Positions 35,996 through 45,643 are shown, counted from the stretch's first letter. The stretch is DNA of 64,000 nt from a virus (IMGVR_UViG_3300049192_000016:26666-90665); one strand, 5' to 3'. Made by a program: numbers and translations. Notes: generated from the sequence alone by a model not told the origin.

Positions 35996-36694
35996 ATGAC
36001 TGTTTTTGCTACTGATAGCAACTGCTTCTCGCTGGTTGTAAAACATGAGTATGAGCCAGCATCGGCTTTCTGCCGTGATGTGCTGACGGTTTATGATGTC
36101 GCACAGACGATGAAAGTTGGTACTGTGTTGGGTAAATTCTTGGCTTCGCCTACTGGTACAGCCGGTTCCACTGTTGGTACTGGTAATGGTGCAATGGGCG
36201 CAATCACTGTAACTTCTGTAGCCGGTTTGGAAACTGGTGTTTATACACTGAAGATTGTTAAGGCTGCTGCCAATGCTGGTGACTTCGTTGTTACTAAACC
36301 TAACGGCAGTGTAATGGGTTACGGCACAGTTGGTGTCGCATTCTCTCAAGGCGGCTTGGCATTCACTCTGGCAGATGGATCGACTGATTTTGTTGTTGGT
36401 GATTCGATTCCAATTACTGTTGCTGGTACTGCTAAATATAAAAAAGTAGAGGCCACTGCTACGGATGGTTCTCAAATTGCCGCCGCAATCATGATCGGTG
36501 ACACACTTGGCTATTCCGGTGATATTGCCGTTGCTGCTACTACTGACACGAAAGTCTTGGCCCTTACTCGCGGCCCCGCTCTGGTATCTAAAGGTGGTTT
36601 GGTGTTCGGCTCGTCTGTGGACACTCAAGCCGAACTGGATTTGGCTTACGCTCAACTGACCGCTTTGGGCATGTTGCCTGTAGAAGCTGTTTAA
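35996..36694 (+). CDS. head decoration protein (lambda gpD-like) with an internal beta insertion
   Basis: GTVLGK...DGSQIAAAI...ALTRG motifs; directly upstream of the MCP. Confidence 0.8.
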   Translation: MTVFATDSNCFSLVVKHEYEPASAFCRDVLTVYDVAQTMKVGTVLGKFLASPTGTAGSTVGTGNGAMGAITVTSVAGLETGVYTLKIVKAAANAGDFVVTKPNGSVMGYGTVGVAFSQGGLAFTLADGSTDFVVGDSIPITVAGTAKYKKVEATATDGSQIAAAIMIGDTLGYSGDIAVAATTDTKVLALTRGPALVSKGGLVFGSSVDTQAELDLAYAQLTALGMLPVEAV

Positions 36695-36712
36695 TTATAA
36701 AGGAAATTATTC

Positions 36713-37744
36713 ATGATTATTCGTGATACTCGTGACGGTGGCCAATTTAAGATGGCCGATTGGACCCAAGAAATCAATGTAATTCCTAATTCGTGGGGTT
36801 TCATTGGTAATATGGGTTTGTTCCAAGAAGAATCTGTGACTGGCCCTGTTGTCCAGTTTGAAGAAATTACTCAAAATGGTGCTTTAATCATTGACCGTGT
36901 GCGCGGTGATCGTTCTACGGTAGGTAAGAATTATGACCGTAAAATGCACTCGTTCAATATTCCTCACTTCCCTCTGGATGACTATATTTCGCCACGCGAT
37001 TTGCAAGGTGTTCGTGCTTACGGTCAGCCAAACGAAGTCGAAAAGCTGGCAAATGTTCGTGCTCGTAAAATGGAACGTATTCGTCGTAACCATGCTTGGA
37101 CTCTGGAAGCCGCCCGCGCACAAGTTCTGACTGCTGGTACAGTGTATGCACCATCTGGCACTGTCTCGCAAAACTGGTTTACCGAGTTTGGTGTTACGCA
37201 AACTTCTGTGGACTTTGTGTTCGGTACTTCGGCTACTGACATTGTAGGCAAAATTGAGTCGGTCATTGCAGCTATTCAAGATAATGCTGGTGAATATGGT
37301 TCGACTGTAACAGGTGTTGTCTTCCTGTGCTCTCCGACTTGGTTTGCTAAGTTAATTAGTCACTCTAAAGTCGTCAATGCTTATCAGTATTACACTACTT
37401 CGGGTGCTCAAGAGCCTCTGCGCCGTCGTCTTGGTGGTAACAACACCATGCATCGTGTGTTTGAATTTGCTGGTGCTACCTTCATTGAAATGCGTGACGC
37501 GTACAATGGTACGGCCCTGATTCCTTCAGGTAAAGCTGTTGCAGTTCCGTTGGGAACCGATGCTTTCAAAACTCTGTTCGCTCCATGTGACCGCTTCGGC
37601 TTTGTTAACACTGAAGGTGAACAAGTGTACATGTTTGAATTTGAAGACCAAAAAGGTACGAAGATTGAGATTGAAACGGAGTCTAACTTCATCAATGTTA
37701 TCTATCGTCCTGCGTTGGTAATCGAAGCAACATCGTCTAACTAA
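36713..37744 (+). CDS. major capsid protein (Phage_cap_E type)
   Basis: 343 aa; IPHFPLDD, TLEAARAQ, IETESN...RP motifs; followed by a terminator. Confidence 0.9.
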   Translation: MIIRDTRDGGQFKMADWTQEINVIPNSWGFIGNMGLFQEESVTGPVVQFEEITQNGALIIDRVRGDRSTVGKNYDRKMHSFNIPHFPLDDYISPRDLQGVRAYGQPNEVEKLANVRARKMERIRRNHAWTLEAARAQVLTAGTVYAPSGTVSQNWFTEFGVTQTSVDFVFGTSATDIVGKIESVIAAIQDNAGEYGSTVTGVVFLCSPTWFAKLISHSKVVNAYQYYTTSGAQEPLRRRLGGNNTMHRVFEFAGATFIEMRDAYNGTALIPSGKAVAVPLGTDAFKTLFAPCDRFGFVNTEGEQVYMFEFEDQKGTKIEIETESNFINVIYRPALVIEATSSN

Positions 37745-37753
37745 TTAGACTCC

Positions 37754-37779
37754 CAGCCTCTAACAAGGGGCTGTTATTT
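37754..37779 (+). terminator. rho-independent terminator
   Basis: CAGCCTCT-AACA-AGGGGCTG followed by TTATTT. Confidence 0.75.
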
Positions 37780-37821
37780 ATAGATTCTATGCAGAGTTTA
37801 TAAATAACATAAGGAGAAAAC

Positions 37822-38250
37822 ATGTCAGTCGATTATAACACAGATGTTGGAAAAGTAAGATTACGAATCGGTGATGTGGGTGATCTACCTTTCCTTGGTG
37901 ACGATATTATTTATAATGTTTTACAAGAGAACAATGGGAATTTATCAAAAGCTTCTCAACAATGTGCTCAATTTATTCTAGCACAGCTTAGTTTCAAGAG
38001 CCATAAGAAAATGGTTCAATTAGAAATTTGGGGGTCTGAGGCATTCCAGAATTACAGAACTTTCTTGATTGATACAATCAGTAACCCTGCGTTCATGAGT
38101 AATGTTTATCCAATTCCTTATAGTGTAAGCACAAGTAATGCAGAAGATCCTATCAATACTTTCATTTCCAATTGGAACAACAACTGGAACACTTTCACTG
38201 TAGATGAAAATATGAGTATGACAGCTTGGGGGTCAAATGTCAACCCATGA
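37822..38250 (+). CDS. head-tail adaptor
   Basis: KVRLRIGD N-terminal motif; position after the MCP. Confidence 0.7.
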   Translation: MSVDYNTDVGKVRLRIGDVGDLPFLGDDIIYNVLQENNGNLSKASQQCAQFILAQLSFKSHKKMVQLEIWGSEAFQNYRTFLIDTISNPAFMSNVYPIPYSVSTSNAEDPINTFISNWNNNWNTFTVDENMSMTAWGSNVNP

Positions 38251-38617
38251 CTTCGACTCAGTTGTTTCAGAATTCTTCGATGAACAAGGATGGTCTTGTA
38301 AAGCTTATTTGATTAAATACACAGATACATATAACGCTGCAACATCTGAGAACGTTCAAACAGAAAAGAAATACGAAACAAAAACTATCCCATTCGACTA
38401 CATCAATAAGTTTCAAGGGGCTACAAAAGAACCTAACACATTAATTCGTTCTGGAGATAAGCAAGTGTGGCTAAAACCTAGTAAATATTTCTCAGATATT
38501 GACCCTTCAAAAGATAAGCTTCAAATGGGAAATAGAGTGTATGAAATTGTGACAGTGAAAGAGTGTAATCCCACTTTAAACAACTGTCTTTATTATGAAC
38601 TATTCGTTCGCATTTAA
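38237..38617 (+). CDS. head closure (stopper) protein
   Basis: YNAAT, IRSGDKQV, DKL...YEIV motifs; gene order. Confidence 0.7.
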   Translation: MSTHDFDSVVSEFFDEQGWSCKAYLIKYTDTYNAATSENVQTEKKYETKTIPFDYINKFQGATKEPNTLIRSGDKQVWLKPSKYFSDIDPSKDKLQMGNRVYEIVTVKECNPTLNNCLYYELFVRI

Positions 38618-38631
38618 ACAAAGGAAAACAA

Positions 38632-39099
38632 ATGGCAACAGGCACTATCAAATGGTTTGCACAAGCATTGCTGGACTTAGGTAATAAGATTCATGATATG
38701 GACGGAGATACGCTGAAGCTTGGTATTGTCAATACCACCACCACTCCTGCTATTTCTACCGCCGCCCCTCATTGGGGTGGTACAGGTACAACAAATTTCG
38801 CAACTAACCAAGTAGCAACAGGTACAGGCTACACTGGGCCGATTACTCTGGCCAATCCCTCTTGGACTATTGTAAGTAATGTACCAACCTTCCGTGCAGA
38901 TGTTGTAACTATCCCGCAAGACGCATCAGGCTTCACCAACGGTGCTTGGGGCATTATTTACAATAACACTGATGCGAACAAGCGCGCATTGGCTTATGTG
39001 GAAATCTCGGCAGGAGGTACGGCAGGTATTCAAGCAGGTAATCTAGTAATTGACTGGTCCGGTGCAAACAACGACATTCTCACTCTGACGGCGCAATAA
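38632..39099 (+). CDS. virion structural protein (appendage module)
   Basis: Gly/Thr-rich beta protein; DTLKL...W motif; AAGGA RBS. Confidence 0.6.
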   Translation: MATGTIKWFAQALLDLGNKIHDMDGDTLKLGIVNTTTTPAISTAAPHWGGTGTTNFATNQVATGTGYTGPITLANPSWTIVSNVPTFRADVVTIPQDASGFTNGAWGIIYNNTDANKRALAYVEISAGGTAGIQAGNLVIDWSGANNDILTLTAQ

Positions 39100-39100
39100 T

Positions 39101-40609
39101 ATGGCATCTCCTGTCAACGATAGTTATTCTTGCGTAAAGAGCGCAACGATATTGGCAGGACGGTCAAACTCTGCGATCTCTATTACTGGAACGGACGTTA
39201 CTAATCAAAGAGTTTATCAGAGGGTTGGTACAAGTAAGACCATCACATTTACTGGAACATACACTGGTGCCCCTTTAGCAATCCAAGTAAGACTGATTGA
39301 TGCTACAACAGCCATTGGACAGACAGAGTGGGTGGATATTCAAAGCAATCCAACAGGCGGTGTGTTCAGTGGAAATCTGAACGTTCCTCAAGGCGGTTGG
39401 TATAAGCTGCAATATCGTTGCTCTGTGAATACCAACGTTACATGGACAGGCACTAATAAATTTGGTGTAGGAGTGATCATTGCTGAGATTGGTCAATCTA
39501 ATATGGCCAATCGTCCAACAACCCCTTATAAATATCCACTTGGTGATCCTAAAGCGATAGAGTATATAACAAGTAGCAGTATTTACAGACGAGTTGGTAA
39601 TGTAAATGATTCATTCCCGCCAAACACTTTGTTCGGTGCAGGCGGGTACAGTTCTTACACTTCAGTGGGTAATAATGGTGATGGCCACGTATTCATTGCT
39701 AATCTGATTTCAGAAGGATTAGGATTACCTGTTCTTGTTGTAAATGCTGCAATTGGAGGGACAAGTATAACAACATGGCAAGCTACTGGGACTAGTTGGA
39801 CTAATAATGGTAGTGGAGCAAAACGTTTCAAAGAATTTATACAAGACATCGGTGGAGACTTCGAGATGTGTTTATGGCATCAAGGAGAAGAAGATGCTGC
39901 AACAATGTCTGCCAACACGTATAAAAGTTATTTAGCTAATGTGCATGCAAATTGTAAAACTTTGAACGGTCGCAATGATAGTAATTTTAAGTTCGGGGTC
40001 ATCTCACTTGGACCGGGGAGTCGTAATGGCAGTGTAGAAGGGGATTTTGGCAAAATACGAGTTGCCACTCAAGAGTATGCTGAGCAAACTTCCGGTGCAT
40101 TCCTAGCAGCTTGTGCTTATGATGCTGCTACTTCGGATGCTGTACATATTACTGGTGAAAGTTTTTATCGTATTGACAGGAGAGTGGCAAAATCTGCACT
40201 TTATCAATACGGAATAGGTACTTCAGGCGCTGGACCGAAAATTGACCCTGCTAACACTACCCGGATAGGAAATGTTATTACTGTCCCTGTCATTCATTCT
40301 GGAGGTACAAGTTTAATGGATGGTAATGGTAGCACTGCGGGGACATCTATTACAACTTTCCAAGTGAAAGACAATGGAACAATTTTAAGTTACACATCTG
40401 CTATAAGTGGTAACAATATCATACTGACCCTAGCCTCTACACCCTCCGGAACAGTCACCTTGTCGAATGCATATATGAATGTTCCTAGTGGAACAGGAAC
40501 TGGGCCGATAACATTTACACCAAGCGGAACTGTTTATGATAACAGTCTTTATTACAACAGCACAATAGGATGCTCACTGCAACCTTGTGCAGCATTCACA
40601 GTGAGCTAA
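39101..40609 (+). CDS. SGNH/SASA (DUF303-type) carbohydrate esterase, probably virion-associated
   Basis: IGQSNM (block I), AIGGTSI, WHQGEED, DAVH (catalytic DxxH). Confidence 0.82.
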   Translation: MASPVNDSYSCVKSATILAGRSNSAISITGTDVTNQRVYQRVGTSKTITFTGTYTGAPLAIQVRLIDATTAIGQTEWVDIQSNPTGGVFSGNLNVPQGGWYKLQYRCSVNTNVTWTGTNKFGVGVIIAEIGQSNMANRPTTPYKYPLGDPKAIEYITSSSIYRRVGNVNDSFPPNTLFGAGGYSSYTSVGNNGDGHVFIANLISEGLGLPVLVVNAAIGGTSITTWQATGTSWTNNGSGAKRFKEFIQDIGGDFEMCLWHQGEEDAATMSANTYKSYLANVHANCKTLNGRNDSNFKFGVISLGPGSRNGSVEGDFGKIRVATQEYAEQTSGAFLAACAYDAATSDAVHITGESFYRIDRRVAKSALYQYGIGTSGAGPKIDPANTTRIGNVITVPVIHSGGTSLMDGNGSTAGTSITTFQVKDNGTILSYTSAISGNNIILTLASTPSGTVTLSNAYMNVPSGTGTGPITFTPSGTVYDNSLYYNSTIGCSLQPCAAFTVS

Positions 40610-40612
40610 TCT

Positions 40613-41950
40613 ATGGCAAATATTTATGTAAGAAGTACAGACGGTAATAATGCCGATAACGGCTCTACATGGGCTCTTGCAAAAGCTGATTTGACAGGGG
40701 CCACAGCAGCAGATAGTGCTGGTGATATCATTTATGTCTCCCAATCCCACGCAGAGTCAACAGCAGGAGCGATTACAATTTCTCTGGCTGGTACTACAAC
40801 CTCTCCCTCTCAAATTGTGGGAGTTAGTGATGCTGCGGAGCCACCTACGACGTTGTCCACTAGCCCTACTGTCACTACATCTAACGGTCATATAAATCTC
40901 TACGGCTCTTGTTTGATCAAAGGTATCACTTTCAGGGCAGGCAGTGGCCAAACAGGATCGACAACATATGGTTTTCTTATTGCTGGCTCTGGTAGCAATA
41001 ACAATATGCGGTTTGAGGATAGTTCCTTAGAGATTTTAACAACTGGTACAGGTGCTGCTCTGATCCAACTGGGAGATGAAACACGTACAGATGCTGCTAG
41101 ATTTATGTTAAAAAACTGTACAGTAAAGTTAGGAGGTACAGCACAGAGGATTAAAATCTCTGGTGATTTAGAGTGGAGAGGTGGCTCTTTTATAGCCGGT
41201 GCAGCCAATCCTACTTCTGTGTTTCAAGCAGGACTCCGTGGGATTGGTAAATTTCTAGTTGAAGGTGTTGACTTTAGCAATCTAGGTACATCATTCAATT
41301 TGATCCAACAAACTAGCGGAGGTAATGCATTTGTGGCTAGATTCACAAACTGTACGCTCCCTACAGGATGGACAGGCTCACTTTGGAGCGGAACCCCCGG
41401 AGCACCGGGACAACGTGGTGAAATTTACAACAGTGTTATCGGGTCTGCTAAATTAAGGTGCTGGGTGCAAGGTTTTGCAGGCACTGTAAGAGATGAAACT
41501 ACTGTTGTTCGTACAGGTGGCGCGTCTGATGATGGTACAGCCATATCTTTGAAAATGACTACAACAGCAGATGCTGAGTATCCAACAATCGCTTGGGAAG
41601 GTGTTCCAATTACAACGTATGTCAACTCTACTAGCTCCACCACTGTATCTGTTGAAATTGTGCATGACTCACAAGGGGCTGGAACTGGTGGTGCATTTAG
41701 GAATGATCAAATTGGTTTGAAAGTTACATATCCCGGTGGTGTTGTTGAGACTATTAAATCTGATCCATTAGCAACAGCCACTGATATTACTACAAGTACG
41801 GAAACATGGACAACAACAGGCTTGTCTTCCCCTGTTAAGCAAAAATTATCTGCAACATTCACTCCTGCTAGAAAAGGCGAAGTAACTGTTATCCCTGTTA
41901 TTTATGCTGCTAGTAAAACAGTTTACATTTGCCCTAAGCTGGGAGGTTAA
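40613..41950 (+). CDS. probable beta-helix (pectin-lyase-like) virion protein
   Basis: IYVRSTDG...DNG...A-x-ADLTGA, AGDIIYV N-terminal motif typical of right-handed beta-helix proteins. Confidence 0.55.
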   Translation: MANIYVRSTDGNNADNGSTWALAKADLTGATAADSAGDIIYVSQSHAESTAGAITISLAGTTTSPSQIVGVSDAAEPPTTLSTSPTVTTSNGHINLYGSCLIKGITFRAGSGQTGSTTYGFLIAGSGSNNNMRFEDSSLEILTTGTGAALIQLGDETRTDAARFMLKNCTVKLGGTAQRIKISGDLEWRGGSFIAGAANPTSVFQAGLRGIGKFLVEGVDFSNLGTSFNLIQQTSGGNAFVARFTNCTLPTGWTGSLWSGTPGAPGQRGEIYNSVIGSAKLRCWVQGFAGTVRDETTVVRTGGASDDGTAISLKMTTTADAEYPTIAWEGVPITTYVNSTSSTTVSVEIVHDSQGAGTGGAFRNDQIGLKVTYPGGVVETIKSDPLATATDITTSTETWTTTGLSSPVKQKLSATFTPARKGEVTVIPVIYAASKTVYICPKLGG

Positions 41951-42640
41951 ATGGCTAAACAGTATGTAAGTTCTAACGGTGTTGTAATTAATGAGACAGG
42001 TACTTTTCAGTATTTTGGGAATGGTGGATTTACATACATTGATGAAACAGAATCTACATCCACAACAATTAATTGCTCTGTAGGAAATATAATTGCAGCA
42101 GGAGTAAATGCTGTTGTATTTTTGAATACAAATATTAACTGTTCTGTCGGGGACACTACTGCAAATGGTGCCACTGCAACAATTAATTCAGCCGGAAATA
42201 TTAATTGTTCTGTAGGTGATTCATTTGCTAATGGGTCAAATGCTCTTATCAACGTGACGACTATTATTGGTTGTACAGTAGGCGATACTGCTGCAACTGG
42301 TAATACAGCATCAATATCGTTTGGCAGTGCCACTACAATAAGTTGTACAGTGGGGGATGGGTTAGCAAATGGTGTAATATCCAGTGTGAAGAGTTATATT
42401 GTCACTGATAGGATTATCAATAATACAGGTACGATTCTTTCAAATCAAGCTGTTTATTATACGTGGTGGCCAGCAGGAAGAATTGGATCAATGACAGGAA
42501 TTACTCCAACTGAGGGCTCTGGAACAACAGACGGCAATGGTAAATTTACCACAAACATTGAGGTAACACCCGGCGTACTCATGTTAAGTGTTAGATCAAC
42601 AGGTGCAACAACGGACAGTGTTTATTATGAGGCACGATAA
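41951..42640 (+). CDS. virion protein with five ~21-aa INCSVG repeats
   Basis: Repeats INCSVGN, INCSVGD, INCSVGD, IGCTVGD, ISCTVGD. Confidence 0.65.
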   Translation: MAKQYVSSNGVVINETGTFQYFGNGGFTYIDETESTSTTINCSVGNIIAAGVNAVVFLNTNINCSVGDTTANGATATINSAGNINCSVGDSFANGSNALINVTTIIGCTVGDTAATGNTASISFGSATTISCTVGDGLANGVISSVKSYIVTDRIINNTGTILSNQAVYYTWWPAGRIGSMTGITPTEGSGTTDGNGKFTTNIEVTPGVLMLSVRSTGATTDSVYYEAR

Positions 42641-43389
42641 TGTTAAGAAACCTGAACAGAACATTCGACAGAGGACGTGTATGCGGGACTCCTAAATCTG
42701 GTGTGATTGGAAGCTTAATCCCGTCTACAGGGGATAGTGGTCCCGGATATACATATAATGATTTATCTATTCCTGATGATAACCTAAAAGAAATCTGTGG
42801 ATATATAACAACATGGCCCAGTGATGGGGTTTTGTATGCAAATGAGGATACAAGCTTTACATTTACAAATGCTCCCGATGGTGTTTATACCTTCCAGTAC
42901 CAACTTTATGTAGATGGTGTAGCAACCGGCTCTCCTGCCACAGTGACGCTACAAGTTGGAGATGGCACAACAACTGTCAACGCTTCCGTAGGAAATGTTT
43001 TAGCAAACGGTGGTGTTGCTACTATCAATCAAATTAGAAACATTGGTTGTGCAGTCGGAGATGCGGTGTCAACAGGTATTGCTGCAAACATTCTTTTGAA
43101 TACAAATGTAACAACCACTCTTGGAGATGTTATCGCACAAGGAAGTGTTGCCACAATAAATCAAGAAAATAACATTGTTTGTGTGACAGGTAATACATTT
43201 GTACAAGGTTTACAAGCTGACATTAGTTTCACTGTAAATAATACAACGATTAATTGTTCTTCAGGAAACGTAATTGCAAATGGTGCTCTCTCTACTATAG
43301 AGTTTGTTGTCACAGGTTACATTAAAAAGGGTGACAAATTATCTGCTGTTTTGACAGATAGTAATATTTATGTTGCCAGTATTGTATAA
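42640..43389 (+). CDS. virion protein with an Ig/cadherin-like N-terminal part and five ~21-aa repeats
   Basis: Repeats VNASVGN, IGCAVGD, VTTTLGD, IVCVTGN, INCSSGN. Confidence 0.6.
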   Translation: MLRNLNRTFDRGRVCGTPKSGVIGSLIPSTGDSGPGYTYNDLSIPDDNLKEICGYITTWPSDGVLYANEDTSFTFTNAPDGVYTFQYQLYVDGVATGSPATVTLQVGDGTTTVNASVGNVLANGGVATINQIRNIGCAVGDAVSTGIAANILLNTNVTTTLGDVIAQGSVATINQENNIVCVTGNTFVQGLQADISFTVNNTTINCSSGNVIANGALSTIEFVVTGYIKKGDKLSAVLTDSNIYVASIV

Positions 43390-43398
43390 AGGAAGTTT

Positions 43399-43731
43399 AT
43401 GACAGTAGAAAGAATTAGAGGTGACACTTACGCTGATAGGTTTGAAGTTAGAAATCAAAATACGGGAGATATTGTTAATCTTACAGGATGTCAAGCATAT
43501 TTAACTTTAAGTACAGAATCGAATCCAACGGACACTACCAATCAGGTATATCAACTTGTAGGTGTTATTGATGATCCTTCCTCTGGAATTATTGAATTTT
43601 CTCCTGATGCAACACAAGCGAATCAAGTAGGATTGTTTTTTTATGATGTAGAACTTATTGACGCTTTGGGCGTCGTTCGCACCCTTGTAAAAGGGACGTA
43701 TAAGTATATTCAAGATATTACTAAGGTGTAA
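43399..43731 (+). CDS. BppU N-terminal-like beta-sandwich protein
   Basis: RGDT...NLTG...GIIEF...FYDVEL...VRTLVKG pattern. Confidence 0.65.
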   Translation: MTVERIRGDTYADRFEVRNQNTGDIVNLTGCQAYLTLSTESNPTDTTNQVYQLVGVIDDPSSGIIEFSPDATQANQVGLFFYDVELIDALGVVRTLVKGTYKYIQDITKV

Positions 43732-43732
43732 C

Positions 43733-44140
43733 ATGGGATTTGCTGATAGTTTAAAAAGAGCTTGTGATAATGCTTTAAAACAAACAGGGGAGGCTGCAAC
43801 AGAAACAGTGACGAGTTTATTTACACTTGCCAAAGACTTCTCCCCAGTGCAACCCGATGCACCATATGCAAAAGGTTTGTTTATCAATTCTTGGTATCCC
43901 GCTGTGAATAATGTTGATCCGACAGTAGGTGCTGTAGCTGATATGTCGGGCAGTGGTACACAATCTAGGATTGATGCTTTAAAAAGTCAATCGTTGTTTT
44001 ATGGACGTGATGAATATGTGACGTTGGCTAATAACTTGGATTATGCGATGCGCGTAGAACTGTTAGGCTGGGATCGCACAGGGCCATACTCTCCTGCTAG
44101 ATTGGCAGTGCTTACAATAAGGAGTGCTAATTTGAAATGA
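43733..44140 (+). CDS. HK97 gp10-like neck/tail completion protein
   Basis: SPV...G.FINSW, LANNLDYA..VE.G motifs. Confidence 0.7.
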   Translation: MGFADSLKRACDNALKQTGEAATETVTSLFTLAKDFSPVQPDAPYAKGLFINSWYPAVNNVDPTVGAVADMSGSGTQSRIDALKSQSLFYGRDEYVTLANNLDYAMRVELLGWDRTGPYSPARLAVLTIRSANLK

Positions 44141-44532
44141 CAATACGTTCAGAACTAGAAGCTCCTTTGATTGCTTACGGATTGGCTAACAACATCCCTG
44201 TAGCAAAAGAAGGTGTAGCTTTCACCCCACCAAATCCTCCAGCACCTTATCTAGAAATATTCTTCAGTGACAAAAAGATTAGTAATCCCACTGTAGAGTT
44301 TTCTAGAAAGCGCACAAGAGGTTTTGTCCAAATCAATGTTTATTGTCCTGAAGGAAAAGGTAGTAAACAAATTGAAGAATTAGCTGAAGCCGTTGCAGCA
44401 TTATATCCGGCAGCTAACAAACAAGCATTCGCTACTGTATCAATTGAAGGTCATCCTCAGATTGGTAGAGCAATGCCTGAAACGAATTTTAGGATGATTC
44501 CTATTACCGTATGGTATAGGCAAGATTCTTAG
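44137..44532 (+). CDS. tail terminator protein (DUF4128-like)
   Basis: RGFVQINVYCPEGKG motif; position before the tail tube gene. Confidence 0.75.
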   Translation: MTIRSELEAPLIAYGLANNIPVAKEGVAFTPPNPPAPYLEIFFSDKKISNPTVEFSRKRTRGFVQINVYCPEGKGSKQIEELAEAVAALYPAANKQAFATVSIEGHPQIGRAMPETNFRMIPITVWYRQDS

Positions 44533-44576
44533 AATAAACAAATATTTTGCAAAATATTTTATAAAGGAAAATAAAT

Positions 44577-44927
44577 ATGGCTGTTGTAGCTAACAACACA
44601 ATTTCCAAGACGGTTCCTACCACAATCACTGCAACCACTTTGGGTGCATCGGATACGCTGGTGTACTCGTCTGGTACTCGTCAGGTTTTGAACCTGCACA
44701 ATTCTACTGGTGGTTCGTTGACTGTCAATATCGATGGTAGTGGCTCTACTACGATTGCCCCAGCAGGTTTAGGCGCGACTGTGGACGTGTCTTCTGGTTT
44801 CAACATTGTATGTGCTGCTGGTGCTCGTAAAGTAGTTCCTCTAGATACTATCTCAGCATACCTGCAAGGTACTGTCACTCTCACTGGTGCAAGCGGCTTG
44901 ACAGCTTGGGTCGAACAGTACGCCTAA
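44577..44927 (+). CDS. small virion structural protein
   Basis: AAGGA RBS; Thr/Gly-rich beta protein within the tail operon. Confidence 0.6.
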   Translation: MAVVANNTISKTVPTTITATTLGASDTLVYSSGTRQVLNLHNSTGGSLTVNIDGSGSTTIAPAGLGATVDVSSGFNIVCAAGARKVVPLDTISAYLQGTVTLTGASGLTAWVEQYA

Positions 44928-44947
44928 TTAAATAGAAAGGAAAGAAT

Positions 44948-45397
44948 ATGTCTTCTAACGCAATGACAAGCGCGACTACTAAGGTATACATCGCAGCAGG
45001 ACAAACCCCATCAACTTACAATAGTGCTGGTTTTGCAGCCCTGACATGGGTTGAGATTGATGAAGTGACTAATATCGGTGAACTTGGTGGGACTACTACT
45101 GTTGTTCAGCACATTCCGGTAGGGACGGCTGAAGTAGTTAAACGCGCAGGTAGCGTAAACTATGGTACTCTGCAATGTCAAGCTGCACGTACTACTGCTG
45201 CTGTGCAAGACAGTTTGCGCACAGTGTTTGGTACTCGTGCCTCCACTCCATTTAAAGTTGTTTATCCAACCGCTCTAGGAGAAATTGATTACTTCACAGG
45301 TATTGTCACAAGTGTTGTAACCAGTGTTCAAGGTGCTGATAACATCTTGGGTCTGAATTTTACCATCGATATTGATGCGCAAATTCTGACAGTTTAA
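44948..45397 (+). CDS. major tail (tube) protein
   Basis: WVEI.EV..IGELG, GSVNYG, FKVVYP..YFTG motifs; gene order. Confidence 0.8.
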   Translation: MSSNAMTSATTKVYIAAGQTPSTYNSAGFAALTWVEIDEVTNIGELGGTTTVVQHIPVGTAEVVKRAGSVNYGTLQCQAARTTAAVQDSLRTVFGTRASTPFKVVYPTALGEIDYFTGIVTSVVTSVQGADNILGLNFTIDIDAQILTV

Positions 45398-45400
45398 AAC

Positions 45401-45429
45401 TTGACTTTTAAGGAGTAGTGTGGTATGAT
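45401..45429 (+). promoter_or_regulatory. sigma70-type promoter
   Basis: TTGACT-N17-TATGAT. Confidence 0.7.
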
Positions 45430-45643
45430 CTTCCCACTTGAGAGATAACAACTCTCCTACTCTAGAGGGTACGCCTGCGAGGCGCTCCTCTTTTAAGTGT
45501 ATTCGATTCAGAGTATTTTTAAAAGAGGTGAATTCCGAGTCTAAACTTTAACAGAAAAGACGAAGAAACACAACGAGCGATTCCGCTCAAACACGACAGA
45601 GGAGTTTTCCAAAGTCGATTTAACAACATAAACAAGGAGTAAC

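Noticed and set aside
36150-36430. Insertion in the head decoration protein as a novelty
   Set aside because: As far as I recall, similar Gly/Thr-rich inserts are common in proteobacterial gpD-like proteins.
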